From positions 7,998,001 through 8,062,000 of the forward strand of contig NC_087437.1 in the NCBI RefSeq assembly GCF_036321535.1: a DNA stretch of 64,000 nt, in the 5' to 3' direction. This document shows positions 24,950 to 38,912 of the stretch, in pieces; positions within the stretch are counted from its first letter, which is position 1, and every line of letters starts with the position of its first letter. The notes beneath the pieces are model-generated. The model was not told the DNA's origin. It searched no databases and saw only the letters and a list, made by a program, of their open reading frames with translations. The position numbers were made by a program, and so were the translations under genes. The stretch is from Camelus dromedarius. Lineage: Eukaryota.

Positions 24950-25922
24950 TTAATGTGCAGTTGAATCAGTTTGCTAGTGTTTTGTTGAGGATTTTACATC
25001 TGTGTTGATCAGAGATATTGGCCTATAGTTTTATTTTATGTAGTATCTTTATCTGACTTTGATATCAGGATAATGCTGGCCTCATAGAATGGGTCTGAAA
25101 GCATTGTGTCTCTTTAGTTTTTTGGAGGAGTTTAAGAAGACTTGATGTTAATTCTTAAATGTTTGCTGTAATTTACCCGTGAAGCTATCTAATCCTGGGC
25201 TTTACTTTGTGGGGAAATTTTTGATTACTGATTCAATCTCCTTACTAGTTATAGGTCTTTTAAGATTTTCTATTTTTTCATGATCAGTCTTGGTAGATTG
25301 TTTATTTCTAGGAATTTATCTGTGTCTTCCAGGTTATCCAATTTGTTGGCATATGATTGTTCATAGTAATATTTTATGATCTTTGTATTTCCTCAACATC
25401 AGTCTACTGTCTCCTTTATTTCTGGTTTTATTTCTTTGAATCTTCTCTCATTTTTTCTTAGTTTAGCTAGTGGTTTGTCAATTTTGTCTTTTTTAAAAAC
25501 TCTCAGTTTTGTTGGTTTTTTCTTATTGTTTTTCTATTCTCTATGTCATTTTTTCTGCTCTAATATTTATTATTTCTTTCCTTCTGCTAACTTTGGACTT
25601 AGTTTGTTCTTCCTTTTCTAGTTGCTTGAGATTTAAAGTTGGAGTGTTTATTTCAGATCTTTTTTCTTTTTTAACGCAGGCATTTATTGTTATGAACTTT
25701 CCTCTTAGTGCTGCTTTTGCTGCATCCCATGAGTTTTGGTATGTTGTGATTTTGTTTTCTTTTATCTTGATATATTTTCTACTTTCCCTGCTATTTCTTC
25801 TGTTACCCATTGTCTATTCAAGAATGTGTCAATTTCCACATGTTTGTAAATTTTTCCATTTTTCTTTTGTTATTGATTTCTACTTTTCATACCATTGTGG
25901 TCAGAAATGATACTTGGTATGA
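24950..25922 (-). mobile_element. L1 ORF2 fragment (post-endonuclease region)
   Basis: Minus-strand peptide TTYQNSWDAAKAALRGKFI...LEKEEQTKSKVSRRKEIINIRAE. Confidence 0.93.
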
Positions 25923-27679
25923 ATAAAATCTATTAGAAGGATTTAGTACAGATGATCACCATGATCACCAATTCCATAAGTATTACCTCATAGCTTAAAA
26001 ACAGAATCACTGAAAGCATTTCTTCTACAGCAATATTCCCCAAGTATGGCTTATGAAATGAATGTAGGTGATTCAGAAACCAAATTATCTTTTAATGTCC
26101 ATGCAGCCATTTAATATGAATCAGAAAATTAAGCATTCTATTTATGGCAGTAATTTTAATTTTCTTTCTAAAAGGATTTTAAGTTCTAAAGTGATTTTAT
26201 TAAAAATGTTAAGTACATATGAGTATAGCTGGTAAAAATTATCTTGAAAGTGAAAATAACGCCCAGAAGTCTATTGATACTGAATTTTCAGCTGCATCTG
26301 CGAGAGGAGTCACTGATGCCACAAGGTAAAAGATCAAAGCTATAACTTAAGTCTCTATTCAGTGCCCACTGATTTAATTGAATTTTAAAACAGATTGTAC
26401 CCTAGCTGCTTATCTCATTAGCTAAGAGAATGCTGGCTATTATTTATTTCATGAATAGTTAAGTTTCTATGTCCTTTATTAATCCATGACTGTAAACAAC
26501 AGTGATGCTGTGAGTAGGTGATTCTATGGTTCCTAGCAGTAATAAAACGCTGTGCTTAAAGCCTGCCATTCTTCTACATATTATTGTTATCAAAACAATA
26601 GAAATGTTTCAACCTATCCAGGTCAGTTTTCCAAACTTACACAGAGGAAAAGGTATCTACAAAGGTTGTCTGAAAAGTCATTGTTGGGTTGTTTCTCAGG
26701 AAGGTGCAAAAGTTTATTGGCATTGGCAAAATAGAAATGTCTTCTGAAATACTCTAGATAGGTGGCCTCTCTTTAATATAGTCATCCATCATCTACAGTG
26801 ACACAATTCCTTCTATAAGGGGCAACTCTAAACCAGTAAGGAGATGAGAGAACAAATAAACAAGAAGAAATAGTGCCAGGTGAGGAAACCATTAGGGGTT
26901 TGCTGTTTGAGAAGTGGAAGGTAAAGGAAACTCAAATACATCCCCAGGGTAGTCCTCTGTCAAGAGAGGTTATTGTATGAAACTAAAGATTTATTCACTA
27001 ACTAAATTATACGTTAAATGTTCAGTAATTATTTCCTGAGCCATTCAGTAAAGATATTCAATACAAAATTGGCTATCAGTATATTCAGCCTGAATTTTTA
27101 TTTCACTTTGGAAAATTCCAAATCCTATTATAAACACTGAGAATAACAAATGTGGCTCTGAGTTTGACTTTTCAAAATCTAAAGGGGAAAATGTACTACA
27201 AAATGAGGGGGAAAAACCTTTTTAACTCTGGATAGGCAAATGGAAATAGGGGAAGAAGAAAAAGTCAGATGCAAAATGATTATGTAAGTGACTTGTTTGG
27301 GAATTAGACTTTTCTTATAAAAGACCTCCTGAACCATGTAAGTTTTGCTTCAAAATGGACTAGAAGCCTTCAAAGATTGGATCTGATTAGTATGTCTTCT
27401 GACCCTCAGCCAACAAAGAGGCAGTGCAAGTCTATCACAGGCATGATTTATGTGCAGTAAAAAGATGTGGTTTGTGTAAGAAATTTACCAAGCATTTTCA
27501 TTTTCAGGTTAGGTTAATAACCTCCTTGTTGTCCATAAGAGCCCAGTAGTTTCGCCATCTTACTTATTTCTCATGCATCAGGTTATCTTTTCTCATCCAT
27601 CTTCTCCCACCAGCTCTTTCCCTCTGTTTATTACCCCAAGTTTTGTTTTCTTCATCTCTCTTCTATATCCTTCCCATTT

Positions 27680-27955
27680 ATCTTAGTTCAGTTTCCTGCA
27701 TAAATTCCTGAAGACTCTGAGACAAAAGTTCATGTCAAAGTAGTTTAAAAGTCCAAGAAACATTTGTATAGGAGCAGAGGAAAATATTAGGGAAGGGAAA
27801 GCAGTCAGTAAGTGGTGTGCATCTGGTAAGTAAACACTGTGGGTAACTGGAGTTTAATTCTACAAGAAAATCCTGGAAAATTGTATAAAATCACTTGCCT
27901 CAGATTTTCCTAGCTGAGGTCAAGGGGGCTAGAGTTTTGTACACCATCTCTTAGC
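27680..27955 (-). mobile_element. ERVL-class LTR fragment
   Basis: tcttagttcag...gactctgagacaaaag...aagtagttt...cactgtgggtaactggag; resembles the 8125-8650 element. Confidence 0.5.
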
Positions 27956-30900
27956 AGACTGGAAGTGAAGGTATGGGAAAAGATATTCCATGAAAATGAA
28001 AACAAAAAGAAAGCTGGATAACAATACTTATATCAGACCAAATAAACTTTAAAACAAAGGCTGTAACAAGAGACAAAGAAGGAAATTACATACTAATAAA
28101 GGGTTCAGTCCAACAAGAAGATATAAGAGTTTTAAATATTTATACACCTAACATAGGTTACTTAAATATATAAAGCAAATATTAAAGACATAAAAATTAA
28201 CAGTAATACAATAATATTAGGGAACTTTAATATGCCACTTATAGCAATGGGTAGATCAGCTGGACAGAAAATAAGTAAGGAAACACTGGCCTTTAAGAAC
28301 ACATTATACCAGATAGACTTAATAGATATATATATAGAACATCCCATCCAAACAGCAGAATACACATTCTTTTCAAGTGCACAGGGAACATTCTCTAGGA
28401 TAGAGCACACATTAGACTATAAAACAAATTTCAATAAATTTGAAAAAATTGAAATCATATCAAGCATCTTTTCAGTACACAATAGTATAAAACTAGAAAT
28501 CAACTGTAAGAAGAAAACTGGAAAAAACACAAGCACATGGAGATTGAACAACATACTACTAGACAGTCAGTGAGTCAACAAAGAAATCAAAGAGGAAGTA
28601 AAAAATTCCTTAAGACAAGTGAAAATGGAAACACAATGTACCAAAATCTATGGAACATGGCAAAACTAGTTCTAAGAGAGAAGTTTTTAGCAGTACAGGC
28701 CTACCTCAAGAAACAAAAAAAAAAATCACAAATAAAAAATCTAAACTCACACCTAAAGAAACTAGAAAAACAAAAGAACAAAGCCCAAAATTAGCAGAAA
28801 GAGGGAAATAATAAACATTAGAAAGGAAATAAGTGAAATAGAGGCTAAAACGACAGAGAAGATCAGTGAAACCAAGAAATGGTTCTTTCAAAGGGTAAAC
28901 AAAATCAATAAATCTGTAGCCACTCATCAAGAAAAAAAGAGAGAGGACCCAAATAAACAAAAACAGAAATGAAAAAGAAGTTACAATTGACAACATAGAC
29001 ATACAAAGGGTTATAAGAGATTACTAGGAACAATTATAGACCAATGAACTGGACAACCTAGAAGAAATGGACAAATTCCTAGAAACATACAATCAAGACT
29101 GAATTAAGAAGTAGACAATCTAAATAGACTGATGACTAGTAGTGAATTTGAATCAGGAGTCAAAACACCCCCAACAAACAAAAGTTCAGAACCAGATGGC
29201 TTCACAGTTGTATTATACCAAACAGTTAAAGGTGATTTAATACCTATCATTCTCAAACTGTTCCCCAAAAATGAAGAAACAATGCTTCCAAACTGATTCC
29301 ATGAGGCCAGCATTACCCTAAAACCAAAAACAAGATAAAGCTACTACAAGAAAAGAAAATTAAAGGCCAATATCCTCGATGAGTGTAGATGCAAATATCC
29401 TCAACAAAAATATTCACAACTCAAATTCAATAATACATTAAAAGGATCATACATCATGGTCAAGTGGGATTTATTCCAGGGGTGCAACAATAGCGCAACA
29501 TCCACAAATCAGTCAATGTGATACACCACATTAACAAAATAAAGGATGAAAACCATATGATCGTCTTAATAGATGCAGAAAAAAAAATCTGATAAAATTC
29601 AACACCCATTTATGATAAAATCTCTCAACAAAGTGAGTATAGAGGGAACGTACCTTAACATAGTAAAGGTCACATATGACAAACCCACAGCTAACACCAT
29701 ACTCAGTGGTGAAAAGCCGAAACCTTTTCTCTAAGGTCAAGAACAAGAAAAGGATGCTCACACCCACCACTTTTATTCAACATAGTATTGGAAGTTCTGG
29801 CCAGAGAAATCAGTTAGGAAAAAGAAATAAAAGTCATCCAAATTGGAAAGAAAGAAGAAAAAGTGTCACTATATACAGGTGATGTTATACTATATAGAGA
29901 AAACCCTAAAGACTCCACCAAAAAAGTGTTAGAAATAATAAATGAATTCAATAAAGTTGCAAGATAAAAAATTAGTATCTGTTGCATTTCTGTACACTAA
30001 TAACAGTCTGTCAGAGTCAGAAATTAAGAAAACATTCCATGTTCAATTATGTCAAAAGAATAAAATTCCTGGGAATAAATTTAGCCAAGAAAGCAAAAGA
30101 TCTGTACTCTGAAAACTAAGACATTGATTAAAGAATTTAAGGATGACACAAATAAATGGAAAGCTATATCATGCTCATGAACTGGAAGAATTAATATTGT
30201 TAAAATGTCCGTACTACCCAAAGCAATTTACATACTTAATGCAATCCTATCAAAATACCAACATCATTTTTCACAGTACTGGAACAAATAATACTAAAAA
30301 TTTTATAGACCCATAGAAGACCCCCAGTGACCAAAGCAGTCTTGAGAAAGAAGAACAAAACTGGAGGTATCATGCTCCCTGTTTTCAAACTATACTACAA
30401 AGCAATAGTTATCAAAACAGTATGCTTCTGGCACATAACCAAATATTTTTGTCAATGGAACAGAAAACCCAGAAATAAACCCACACACATATAGTCAATT
30501 AATTTATGACAAAGGAAGCAATATACAAGGAGGGGAAAGACAGTCTCTTAAATAAATGGTGTTGGAAAAATTGGACAGTAGCATGCAAAAGAATGAATCT
30601 GGACCACTGTCTCACACCATATATGAAAAATAAACTCAAAATGCATTAAAGACTTGAATATAAGACCAGAAACCCTAAAACTCCTAGAAGAAAGCATAGA
30701 CAGCTCTCTGGTATCAGTCTTAGCAACATCCTTTTGGATCTGTCTCTTTTATATACATATATACAGATATAGTTATCTTCATATAAAGAATACATACAAC
30801 TTAATACCAAAAAAAAACCAATTTGATTAAGAAAAGGGCAGAGTACCTGAGACATTTTCCCAAAGAAGACATGATGCCCAACAGGCATATAAAAAAATAT

Positions 30901-31745
30901 CCAACTTCACTAACCAACAGGGATCTGCAGTCAAAATCACAGTGAGAATGGCTATTATTAAAAAGACAGAAAAATTACAACTGTTGGCAAGAATGTGAAG
31001 AAAAAGGAATTGTTGTTCATCGTCAGTGAGAATGTAAATTAGGGTAGCTATTATGGAAAACAATATGGAGTTTCCTCAAACATTAAAAATAGAATTACCT
31101 CGTGATCCAGTAGTTCCACTTCTTGGTATTTACGCAAAGGAAACAAAAACACTAATTCAAAAAGATACATGCACCCTTATTTTTGATGCAGCTTTATTTA
31201 CAATAGCCAAGATATGAAGCAACCTAAGTGTCCATCAACAGACAAATGGATAAAGAAGATGCAGTACACACACGCACACACACACACGCTGAAATATTAC
31301 TCAGCCGTATAAAAAAATGAAGTCTTGCTATTTGCAACAACATAGATGGACCTATAGGGTATAATGCTAAGCAGAATGAGTCAGAGAAAAACAAATACCA
31401 TATAATCTCATTTTTATGTGGGATATAAAAAAATAAACCAATGAACAAGTAAAACAAAACAAACAGAATCATAATACAGAGAACAAGCTGGTGGTCACCA
31501 GAGAGGAAGAAGGTGGGGAAATGAATGATATAGGTGGAGGAGATTAAGATACACAAACTTCCAGTTATAAAATAAAGAAGTCATGGGGATATAATATACA
31601 GAATAGGGAATATAGTCGATAATATTATAATGACTTCAGATAGTAACTAGACTTATTGTGGTGATCGTCTCATAGTATATATGTCAAATTACTGTGCTAT
31701 CCACCTGAAGCTAATGTTTGTTATTATACTTCAATTTTTTAAAAA
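27956..31745 (+). mobile_element. 5'-truncated L1 of about 3.8 kb (ORF2 EN-RT-C-terminus and 3'UTR), inactivated
   Basis: ORF2 peptides (AEYTFFSSAQGTFSRIEH; YQNLWNMAKLVLREKF), many stops and frameshifts, 3'UTR ending ttatacttcaattttttaaaaa. Confidence 0.97.
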
Positions 31746-32466
31746 TGATGTTTTGTACTTGTGTACAGTGCCAACTTAGTGGTGCTAAAATACTGCTTCC
31801 CAGAATTCCCTTCTCTATATGATTCTAGGTTAGCATTGGCCACAAAAGAAATTCACACAGGTATTGGAGGGCAGAAATGAAGCAGTAGCTATCGCACTTT
31901 GAAGGTCAGTCCTCCATGTACTGTGGCAGCTGTCTAGAATTCATAATAGAAAGTGATGGGGGATGAGGTGGGTGTCATAGACAGGGCTGAGTTATAATAA
32001 ATGGAGAAGTTGATTTTTTAAAAAAAATAGCATTAAAATATGTTAAACTTTCATTCAAGTTAATAATGACATTTATTTACAAATCACATTAGTTACCTTT
32101 TAATTTTGATTTCATTTTCCAAAGAATAATTTTCCATTAAAATCATTAAATTAATGTTTCCTGAATTACTCCCTCTAAATCTAATCTACTCCTGAAGATT
32201 GAATTATCTTTTCAGCCCGTTAGGCTCAGATACTTTCTTATTTAATTGTCATTTAATGCAAGAAATTGCCTATTAATAAGCAGAAGAAATGAAATATGAT
32301 AGGTGGGTGAAGGCAGCTTTGTTATGATATCAAAGCAGTAAAAATCAGTATATAAGTCTCCAAATACTGTGAAATCTTTTGGAACATAAAGTGTTTACAA
32401 AACAGCCATATATCCTTCTAAAGCTGTAAAGTACAGAGGCTTACATTAAAAATTTCCAGCATCTTG

Positions 32467-33324
32467 AAACTGGGTCCCCAGATTGACTGGGGCCCTGCCC
32501 TCAGACCATGCTCCACCCACCTTGGGCTAGCAGCAAAGAGAGGAACAGAACACCATTCAAAAGTCCACAAATGACAGATACTGGAGAGGCTGTGGAGAAA
32601 AGGGAACCTTCCTGCACTGCTGGTGGGAATGCAGTTTGGTGCAGCCACTGTGGAAAACAGTATGGAGATTCCTCAAAAGACTAGGAATAGACTTAACATA
32701 CGACCCAGGAATCCCACTCCTGGGTCCAGAAGAAACCCTACTTCAAAAAGACACCTGCACCCCAGTGTTCACAGCAGCACTGTTTCCTATAGCCAAGACA
32801 TGGAAACAGCCTAAATGTCCATCAACAGATGACTGGATAAAGAAGATGTGGTATATTTATACAATGGAATACTATTCAGCCATAAAAACCGACAACATAA
32901 CACCATTTGCAGCAACATGATGTTCCTGGAGAATGTCATTCTAAGTGAAGTAAACCAGAAAGAGAAAGAAAAATACCATATGAGATCGCTCATGTGGAAT
33001 CTTAAAAATACGTACATACATACATACATACATACAAACAAAATAGAAACAGACTCATAGACATAGAATGCAAACTTGTGGTTGCCAAGGGGGCAGGGGG
33101 TGGGAAGGGACAGACTGGGATTTCAAAAATGTAGAATAGATAAACAAGATTATACTGTATAGCACAGGGAAGTATATACAAGATCTTATGGTAGCTCACA
33201 GTGAAAAAAAATGTGACAGTGAATATATATATGTTCATATATAACTGAAAAATTGTGCTCTACACTGGAATTTGACACAACATTGTAAAATGACTATAAC
33301 TCAATAAAAAAATGTAAAAAAAAA
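32467..33324 (+). mobile_element. Young L1 3' end (same family as 11458-12207) with an extra 5' segment
   Basis: Peptide [19 protein letters not shown]; same 3'UTR; A tail; imperfect TSD (16/19) at 32448-32466 and 33325-33343. Confidence 0.95.
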
Positions 33325-33929
33325 AAGATTTTCCAGCATTTTGTCAATGTGGTTGCATTTAATAAAATAAATAGCACTCATTTGGTCTCCACCATAGCAG
33401 TTGCTACAATCTAAAAGTATTTTCTGCAGTTATGTCTATATCTATCTCCCTACTTACCTAGAATACCAACTTCATAAGGGCTGGAATCATGTTTGCTTTT
33501 GTTGTTGTCTTCCCATTTATCTCTTAGCACATACCATAGCACCTCTCTTATAACTGACACTCAGTCATTAACTGGGGAATAACAATGACTGATGAATAAG
33601 TATGAGTTGAGGAAAAAAAGTCACTTTGGAGGACTTCAGTTATACTACTAGCAACCTTACAGATACTGGTGAAACTGTGATAGAGCAATTGAAACCTTGA
33701 TTTTTACCTTTTGATCTCATCTTGTCAAGGTGAATGGTGAAAAAAAATTATATCCATTTAATTCTCACATACTATTTGTGCCTATATTGAAATATCATCC
33801 CCAGCAGCAGAATACAATTGAGGAAAGAGAGACTGGGTATTACATTAACCCATTTTTTTTGAATTAGAATTCTTTGGTGACAAGTGACAGAAATCCAGCA
33901 GCTAACTTAAGCAAAGGGGAATTAAGCTA

Positions 33930-34155
33930 CCAAAAAAAGAAAAGAAGAAAGGAAAGGAAGGGAAGGGAAAGGAAAGGAAGGAGGAAGGGGGAAGGAAAAG
34001 AAGGAAGGAAGGAAGGAAGAAAGGAAGAAAGAAAAAGAAAAGAAAAAGAAGAAAGAGAAAAGAAAGAGAGAAGAAGGAAGGAAGGAAAGGGGAGGGGAGG
34101 GGAGGGGAAGGGAGGGAGAGAAAAAAGAAAACAAAACCCAACAAAAGAAACAAAA
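33930..34155. repeat. GA-rich low-complexity purine tract (GGAA/GAAA/GGAGG)
   Basis: Direct reading of the sequence. Confidence 0.95.
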
Positions 34156-34157
34156 AT

Positions 34158-34490
34158 CTGTATTGGGATTTTAATTGGAATACATTTATAGACCAATATG
34201 AGGAAAGCCAACATATTGACTGTATTGAAATTCTTATCTATAAAAATTTGTTACCTCTTTATTTATGAGATTTTCTATATACAGTTCAACAAATTTTTAT
34301 ACTTTTCATCATAGATGTAATTGCATGTCTTGTTAGATTTATTTCTAGATTTTTCTACCTGTACAAACACACATATATACACAGCTATGTGTCAACATTT
34401 AAGTTATACTATTTAAAAATTATATATTTAAGTGATTATTTGATGTATGCATGAAGGTTAAATTGAACAGCGTACATTGATTTTATAACC
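34158..34490 (-). mobile_element. Old L1M ORF2 fragment
   Basis: ttgggattttaattggaat...cttgttagatttatttctag. Confidence 0.6.
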
Positions 34491-34727
34491 CATATCAGTC
34501 AACTGTAGATGTGTAACAAATCGCCCCAAAGCCCAATGGCTGTGTTCTTATGCCAGTTTTATGAGAAGATATATACAATCTTTCATGTCCATGAGACATG
34601 AGCTTTTTAATCCATTATCTTGGACAGAATATGAATCTGAGTAACTGGTAGGTGGATTTAATCCTCAAGGCAAGTCATAACACTCAGTCCTAAGCCCTGT
34701 TCTGAGTGTGAGGGATGTGGAAGATTG

Positions 34728-35325
34728 TATTTTCCACAGTGGTCACAATAACACCCATTCAACATGCTCTTCTGCATTGTGACCTAACCGCTAACTCATA
34801 AGAGGTGGCACTTGTGTCCCCTCCCCTTGAATTTGGGCAGGCCTGTGACTGCTCTGGTGAGTGGAGTATGGCAGCAGTGCAGTCCATGACTTCTGAGGCT
34901 AGATCATAGGAGATGGTGCAGCTTCTGCCTTCTGCATAGAGACATTCACATTTAAAGCTCTGAGCCACCCTGTGAGCATCCAGCTACCCAAAAGCCTCCA
35001 TGCTGTGAAGAAGCCAAGCCCACGGAGAGACCGTACACAGATGCTGCCCTTGATGCACCCAGCCAACAGTCCAGCCAACGACAGCCAGCACCAGCATCCA
35101 GACATGTGAGTAAAGATGCCATCTTTGGAAACGGAGTCTCCAGCTCTCAGACATTTGAGTTTTCCCAACTGAAGGCCCAGGACCACAAAGCCAAAAAAAT
35201 CGATCCCCACCATTCTCGTATTGAACTGCCACCCCAAAGGATTTGGAGCCATAATAAAATGGTTGAGATTTTCAATTAATTAGTTTGGGATGGATGTTTG
35301 CTATACAGCAGTAGTAAACAGAACA
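34728..35325 (+). mobile_element. MLT1 (MLT1F/G-like) solo LTR
   Basis: ccctccccttgaatttgggcaggcctgtgactgct...catgctgtgaagaagccaagc...ataataaaatggttg...tatacagcagtagtaaacagaaca. Confidence 0.88.
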
Positions 35326-36661
35326 GGTGGTTAGCCAGATCCTTCTGAGACCTCCAGTAATTGGGTTCTAAAGCCTTATATCTAAGTTTTGCTGCAAAGT
35401 AGATCATGTTGGAGCAAAGCCAGGGAGAGTGCTAGTAGTGAAATCCCAGCTTACTTGTTTGAAATTGAGAGGACTCACTTACTCTTGAAATGATGCATAA
35501 TTCAGAATCAGGGCTCGCCCACTTGGGGCTGGGTCTTTTGGGGTCTCTTTTTCCCATCAAGGTCATATCACCTTTCCAGCTACTTTGGAGAACAGGATCA
35601 AGGGGGCCTACCAGAAAGAGAGCATGCCCACTGCATCCCTGAGGCACTGACACAGCCAGACTTCAAACTGAGCCTGCTTCTGTTACATTAGCTTTATTTT
35701 CTGTTTTCTGAAAGTATGCTTTGCTCAGCTGCTTTTGTAATTCTCTCTCTTACCAAGATAACTTGAGAAAGAAACACACATTGGGGGAGAGAGAGATTGT
35801 TTAAAAACACCCATTGTGTTAAATAATTAAGTACTCCCCAAAATACAATTTAGCTGACCAAAGGTGAACTGAACTCAGATCTTCTGTGGTCTCCATAGTC
35901 TCATGTTGGCTGCTCCTTTTCGGTCCCTAGAGCAGTGTTCGACCAACTTTCTTCTCTGACTGCAGCAGGGAAGAATATCCACAAGCCTCCCTGCTATATT
36001 TCCCACTTTCAAATGAATTGCTTAGAATATCACCCCAGTAGATTCAGAAGATTTTCTTGAAAGTGTTACTTCTTACTTCCAATGTGAGTAATTCACACAA
36101 CTGTAAAAGCCCAGCTTCACATAAAAGATGATTATATGCTAAAAAGACATTATTTGATTGTAAAATTCTAAAGTTGCTGAGTGGCTTGTGGAAGGCAGCC
36201 AAAAATATTCTTTGAGGGGAAATGTCTTTCCTTTCTTCTCCTGAAATTGTTTGTCTCCACTTTGGAGGGAAGATACAAATGTTTCAGCTTCACAGTTGGA
36301 GGGACTTCACCTTGGAGGCAAGAATTCTAGCTGTCAGAATCCCAGGATAGCAGCACTAATCCAGAGGCCTCTCCTTGGGAGACAGAAGCATTCCCGAGCA
36401 AGAGCAGAGCACCAGTTCCTTGTGAAACCTGCTGACAAGCATGTTTGCCTTTTTCTGGAATAAGAGGCCATTTGAAGCTTTTCAGAGGTCTGCTTATTTG
36501 TAAAAAGTCAAACCCAGGTCACTTTAAATGGGAATATTCTGCCAATTTACAGCTGTGCTTTCAGTGGCTTCCAAATCTCACAGAAAGATGTTCTGAAGTG
36601 GGAGAATTTTTACAGAGGGAACCGTCGTACTAGGAAACTCGGACCCTGCGGAGATGGTGAC

Positions 36662-36960
36662 TCCAGGTGGTAGCTAGTCTCCAAAGATGTTCTCCAGCAA
36701 TCTCTCACCCCTCTGTTTGCACACACCACTCCTCCATGCAGAGGTGGAGTTTACCATCGCCCTGTGAATCTGTGCTGGGTTTTCTATTGCTTTGACTAAT
36801 TGAGTGATGAGGGAGTGGCGTTTTGGTATATCTGAGACCTCTTCCTCCTTCAAGGACCCTTGAGCTGTCATGTAAGAAATCCAGATTACCCTTCTGGAGA
36901 GGAGGATGAGAAACCAAGTGGAGAGAAAAGTTACATGCAGGAGTTCTGAAATACAAATAT
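36662..36960 (+). mobile_element. MLT1 LTR 5' fragment
   Basis: ctccaaagatg...cactcctccatgcagaggtggagttta...tgaatctgtgctgg...ttgctttgactaat. Confidence 0.6.
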
Positions 36961-37565
36961 CCACTGTTTATCAGCACTGTGGTTCATCAGATTATTGAAC
37001 TTCCCTGAACCTCAATTTCTGAATTTGTAAAAATGAAGATAGTACCTGTTCACATTGTTGTGAAAAATCAAACAAAATTGTTCTTTCTTTTTTTAGGTTT
37101 ACTAAACATCTACTATGTGTCAGACACTGATGATACAATAATAAATTATGAATATTGCCTGACAAGAACCTACATTCTAGAAGATGCATATAAAATCCCT
37201 GAGCTTAGTTCCAGAGTATGCTTTGAAAATAATTAAAAATAATAATGGTCTAGAGTTGTACGGAACATTGAGGATCTATGAGGCATAACTCTTGCATTTA
37301 ATACAGTTTTAATTTAGTTTAAAATATAGGACTAACACATAAAATAACAAATTAAGAATACTTGACTGCATAATATGTTCTGAACTCTACAAATGCTGCC
37401 CAAGAAATATAAAAACTGGAAAATTCAATGTGGAGTAGTCTTCCAGTACATGATAGAGGTGAGAATGAGTCAGACTTCAGTAAGACTAGTAGGTCTTACA
37501 GCAACAGTGATGAGGGAAGCTGATATTCCTGGATGGGAAACAACTCAAGTAAAGTGATAACTAGA

Positions 37566-37766
37566 CCAGTGTTGTTGATAGAACTTTCTGCCACAGTGGA
37601 AATAGCCCGTATCTGTGCAATCCCATGCAATAGCCCCTGACCACGTGTTGCTATGGCACACTTGACGTGTGGCCAGTGTGACTGAGGGACTAAAATTTTA
37701 ATTTATCTAAGTTTAATTGGTTTAAATTTAAATAGACACCTATGGCCCGTGGCTACCATATTGTAT
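37566..37766. mobile_element. MER3-like hAT-Charlie element
   Basis: atagaactttctg...cacttgacgtgtggccagtgtgactgaggga...tttaaatttaaatagacac...gtggctaccatattg. Confidence 0.8.
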
Positions 37767-38687
37767 GGCATATGCCCAAAGGACTTGAGAAAGACCAACC
37801 ATGATATTTTTCTGTTACTTTCAGTGATGTCATACAAGCTCAGTTGACATATTAAGATTATTTGCCTCCCACTATTTACCCAAACTATCCACTCCAAATT
37901 ATAAAACAGACTGTCAACATAGAGTCTTTCCCTGTAACATAATTCCAGGGCGATTTAATGAGCTGCCAAAGTTTTCTTCTATTTGCACATCCTTACCTTA
38001 AGTTTATCTGAACCAGTGGTTTCCTTTTTCAAAGGATTGTTGTTTCCCATAAAATCCAAAGAGAAATGGAAAATTTTTTAAGCCAACAATGAAGAAGAAA
38101 ATGATGGAAGGTACATTCACCAGAAAGCTTTTAGTACGCATCAGTTTCCTTGGTTACAGGTAATAGAGAAAGTGGGGAGGGCAAACACGTGCAGCACAAA
38201 TAACTGCAATAAGAGGCCAGACAAAGGCTTCAAAGCCCACAGTAACATTTAGGCCACTAGCAAAGCAAAATGGAAACAATGAGGCAATTATCCTGGTAGT
38301 CCAAGGCAAAATGAAATCTTTCACCTGGGAACAACCAGATAATTCCGTATGAAAGGTTTTTGTTTGTTTGTTTGGTGGTGGTTTTTCTTTGAGTGACGCT
38401 AATAATCACCAGGGTTTATTTTCTCCATGTACCCTTCAGCATAGCTATAGATGAGAAAAGTACAGAGAGACCTGTTAGGAGCTGGAGTCTGTGTGTGATG
38501 GATATGATGGAATGCACATCCCTTGAGGAACAAAATCAAGGTCAAATAGGAAAACAAGAAAGGAACAGAGCACATGTGAATCAGGAGGCTCTAAGGAATG
38601 TAAGATGAGATAGCTGTGGGTTTTTTCAGGAGACTTCCAGTGATGCTTCGTACCCAGCTGTCAACACTGGGTTTAAGAAGGCATGGG

Positions 38688-38912
38688 CTAGGATTTGCAG
38701 ATGCTGCCTATTATATATGAAATAGATAAACAACAGGTTTCTACTGTAGAGCACAGGGAACTGTATTCAATATCTTGTAGTAACCTATAATGAAGAATAT
38801 GAAAAGGAATATATGTATGTATATTTATGACTGAAACATGATGCTGTGCACCAGAAATTGACACAATATTGTAAACTGACTATACTTCAATTTTAAAAAA
38901 TGGAAAAAAGAA
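38688..38912 (+). mobile_element. Short L1 3' tail insertion
   Basis: 13-bp TSD aagaaggcatggg at 38675-38687 and 38913-38925, after a ttt/aaga endonuclease-type site. Confidence 0.93.

Noticed and set aside
33874..34214. Lys/Arg/Glu-rich and Phe/Ser/Leu-rich ORFs
   Set aside because: Translation of a GA low-complexity tract.
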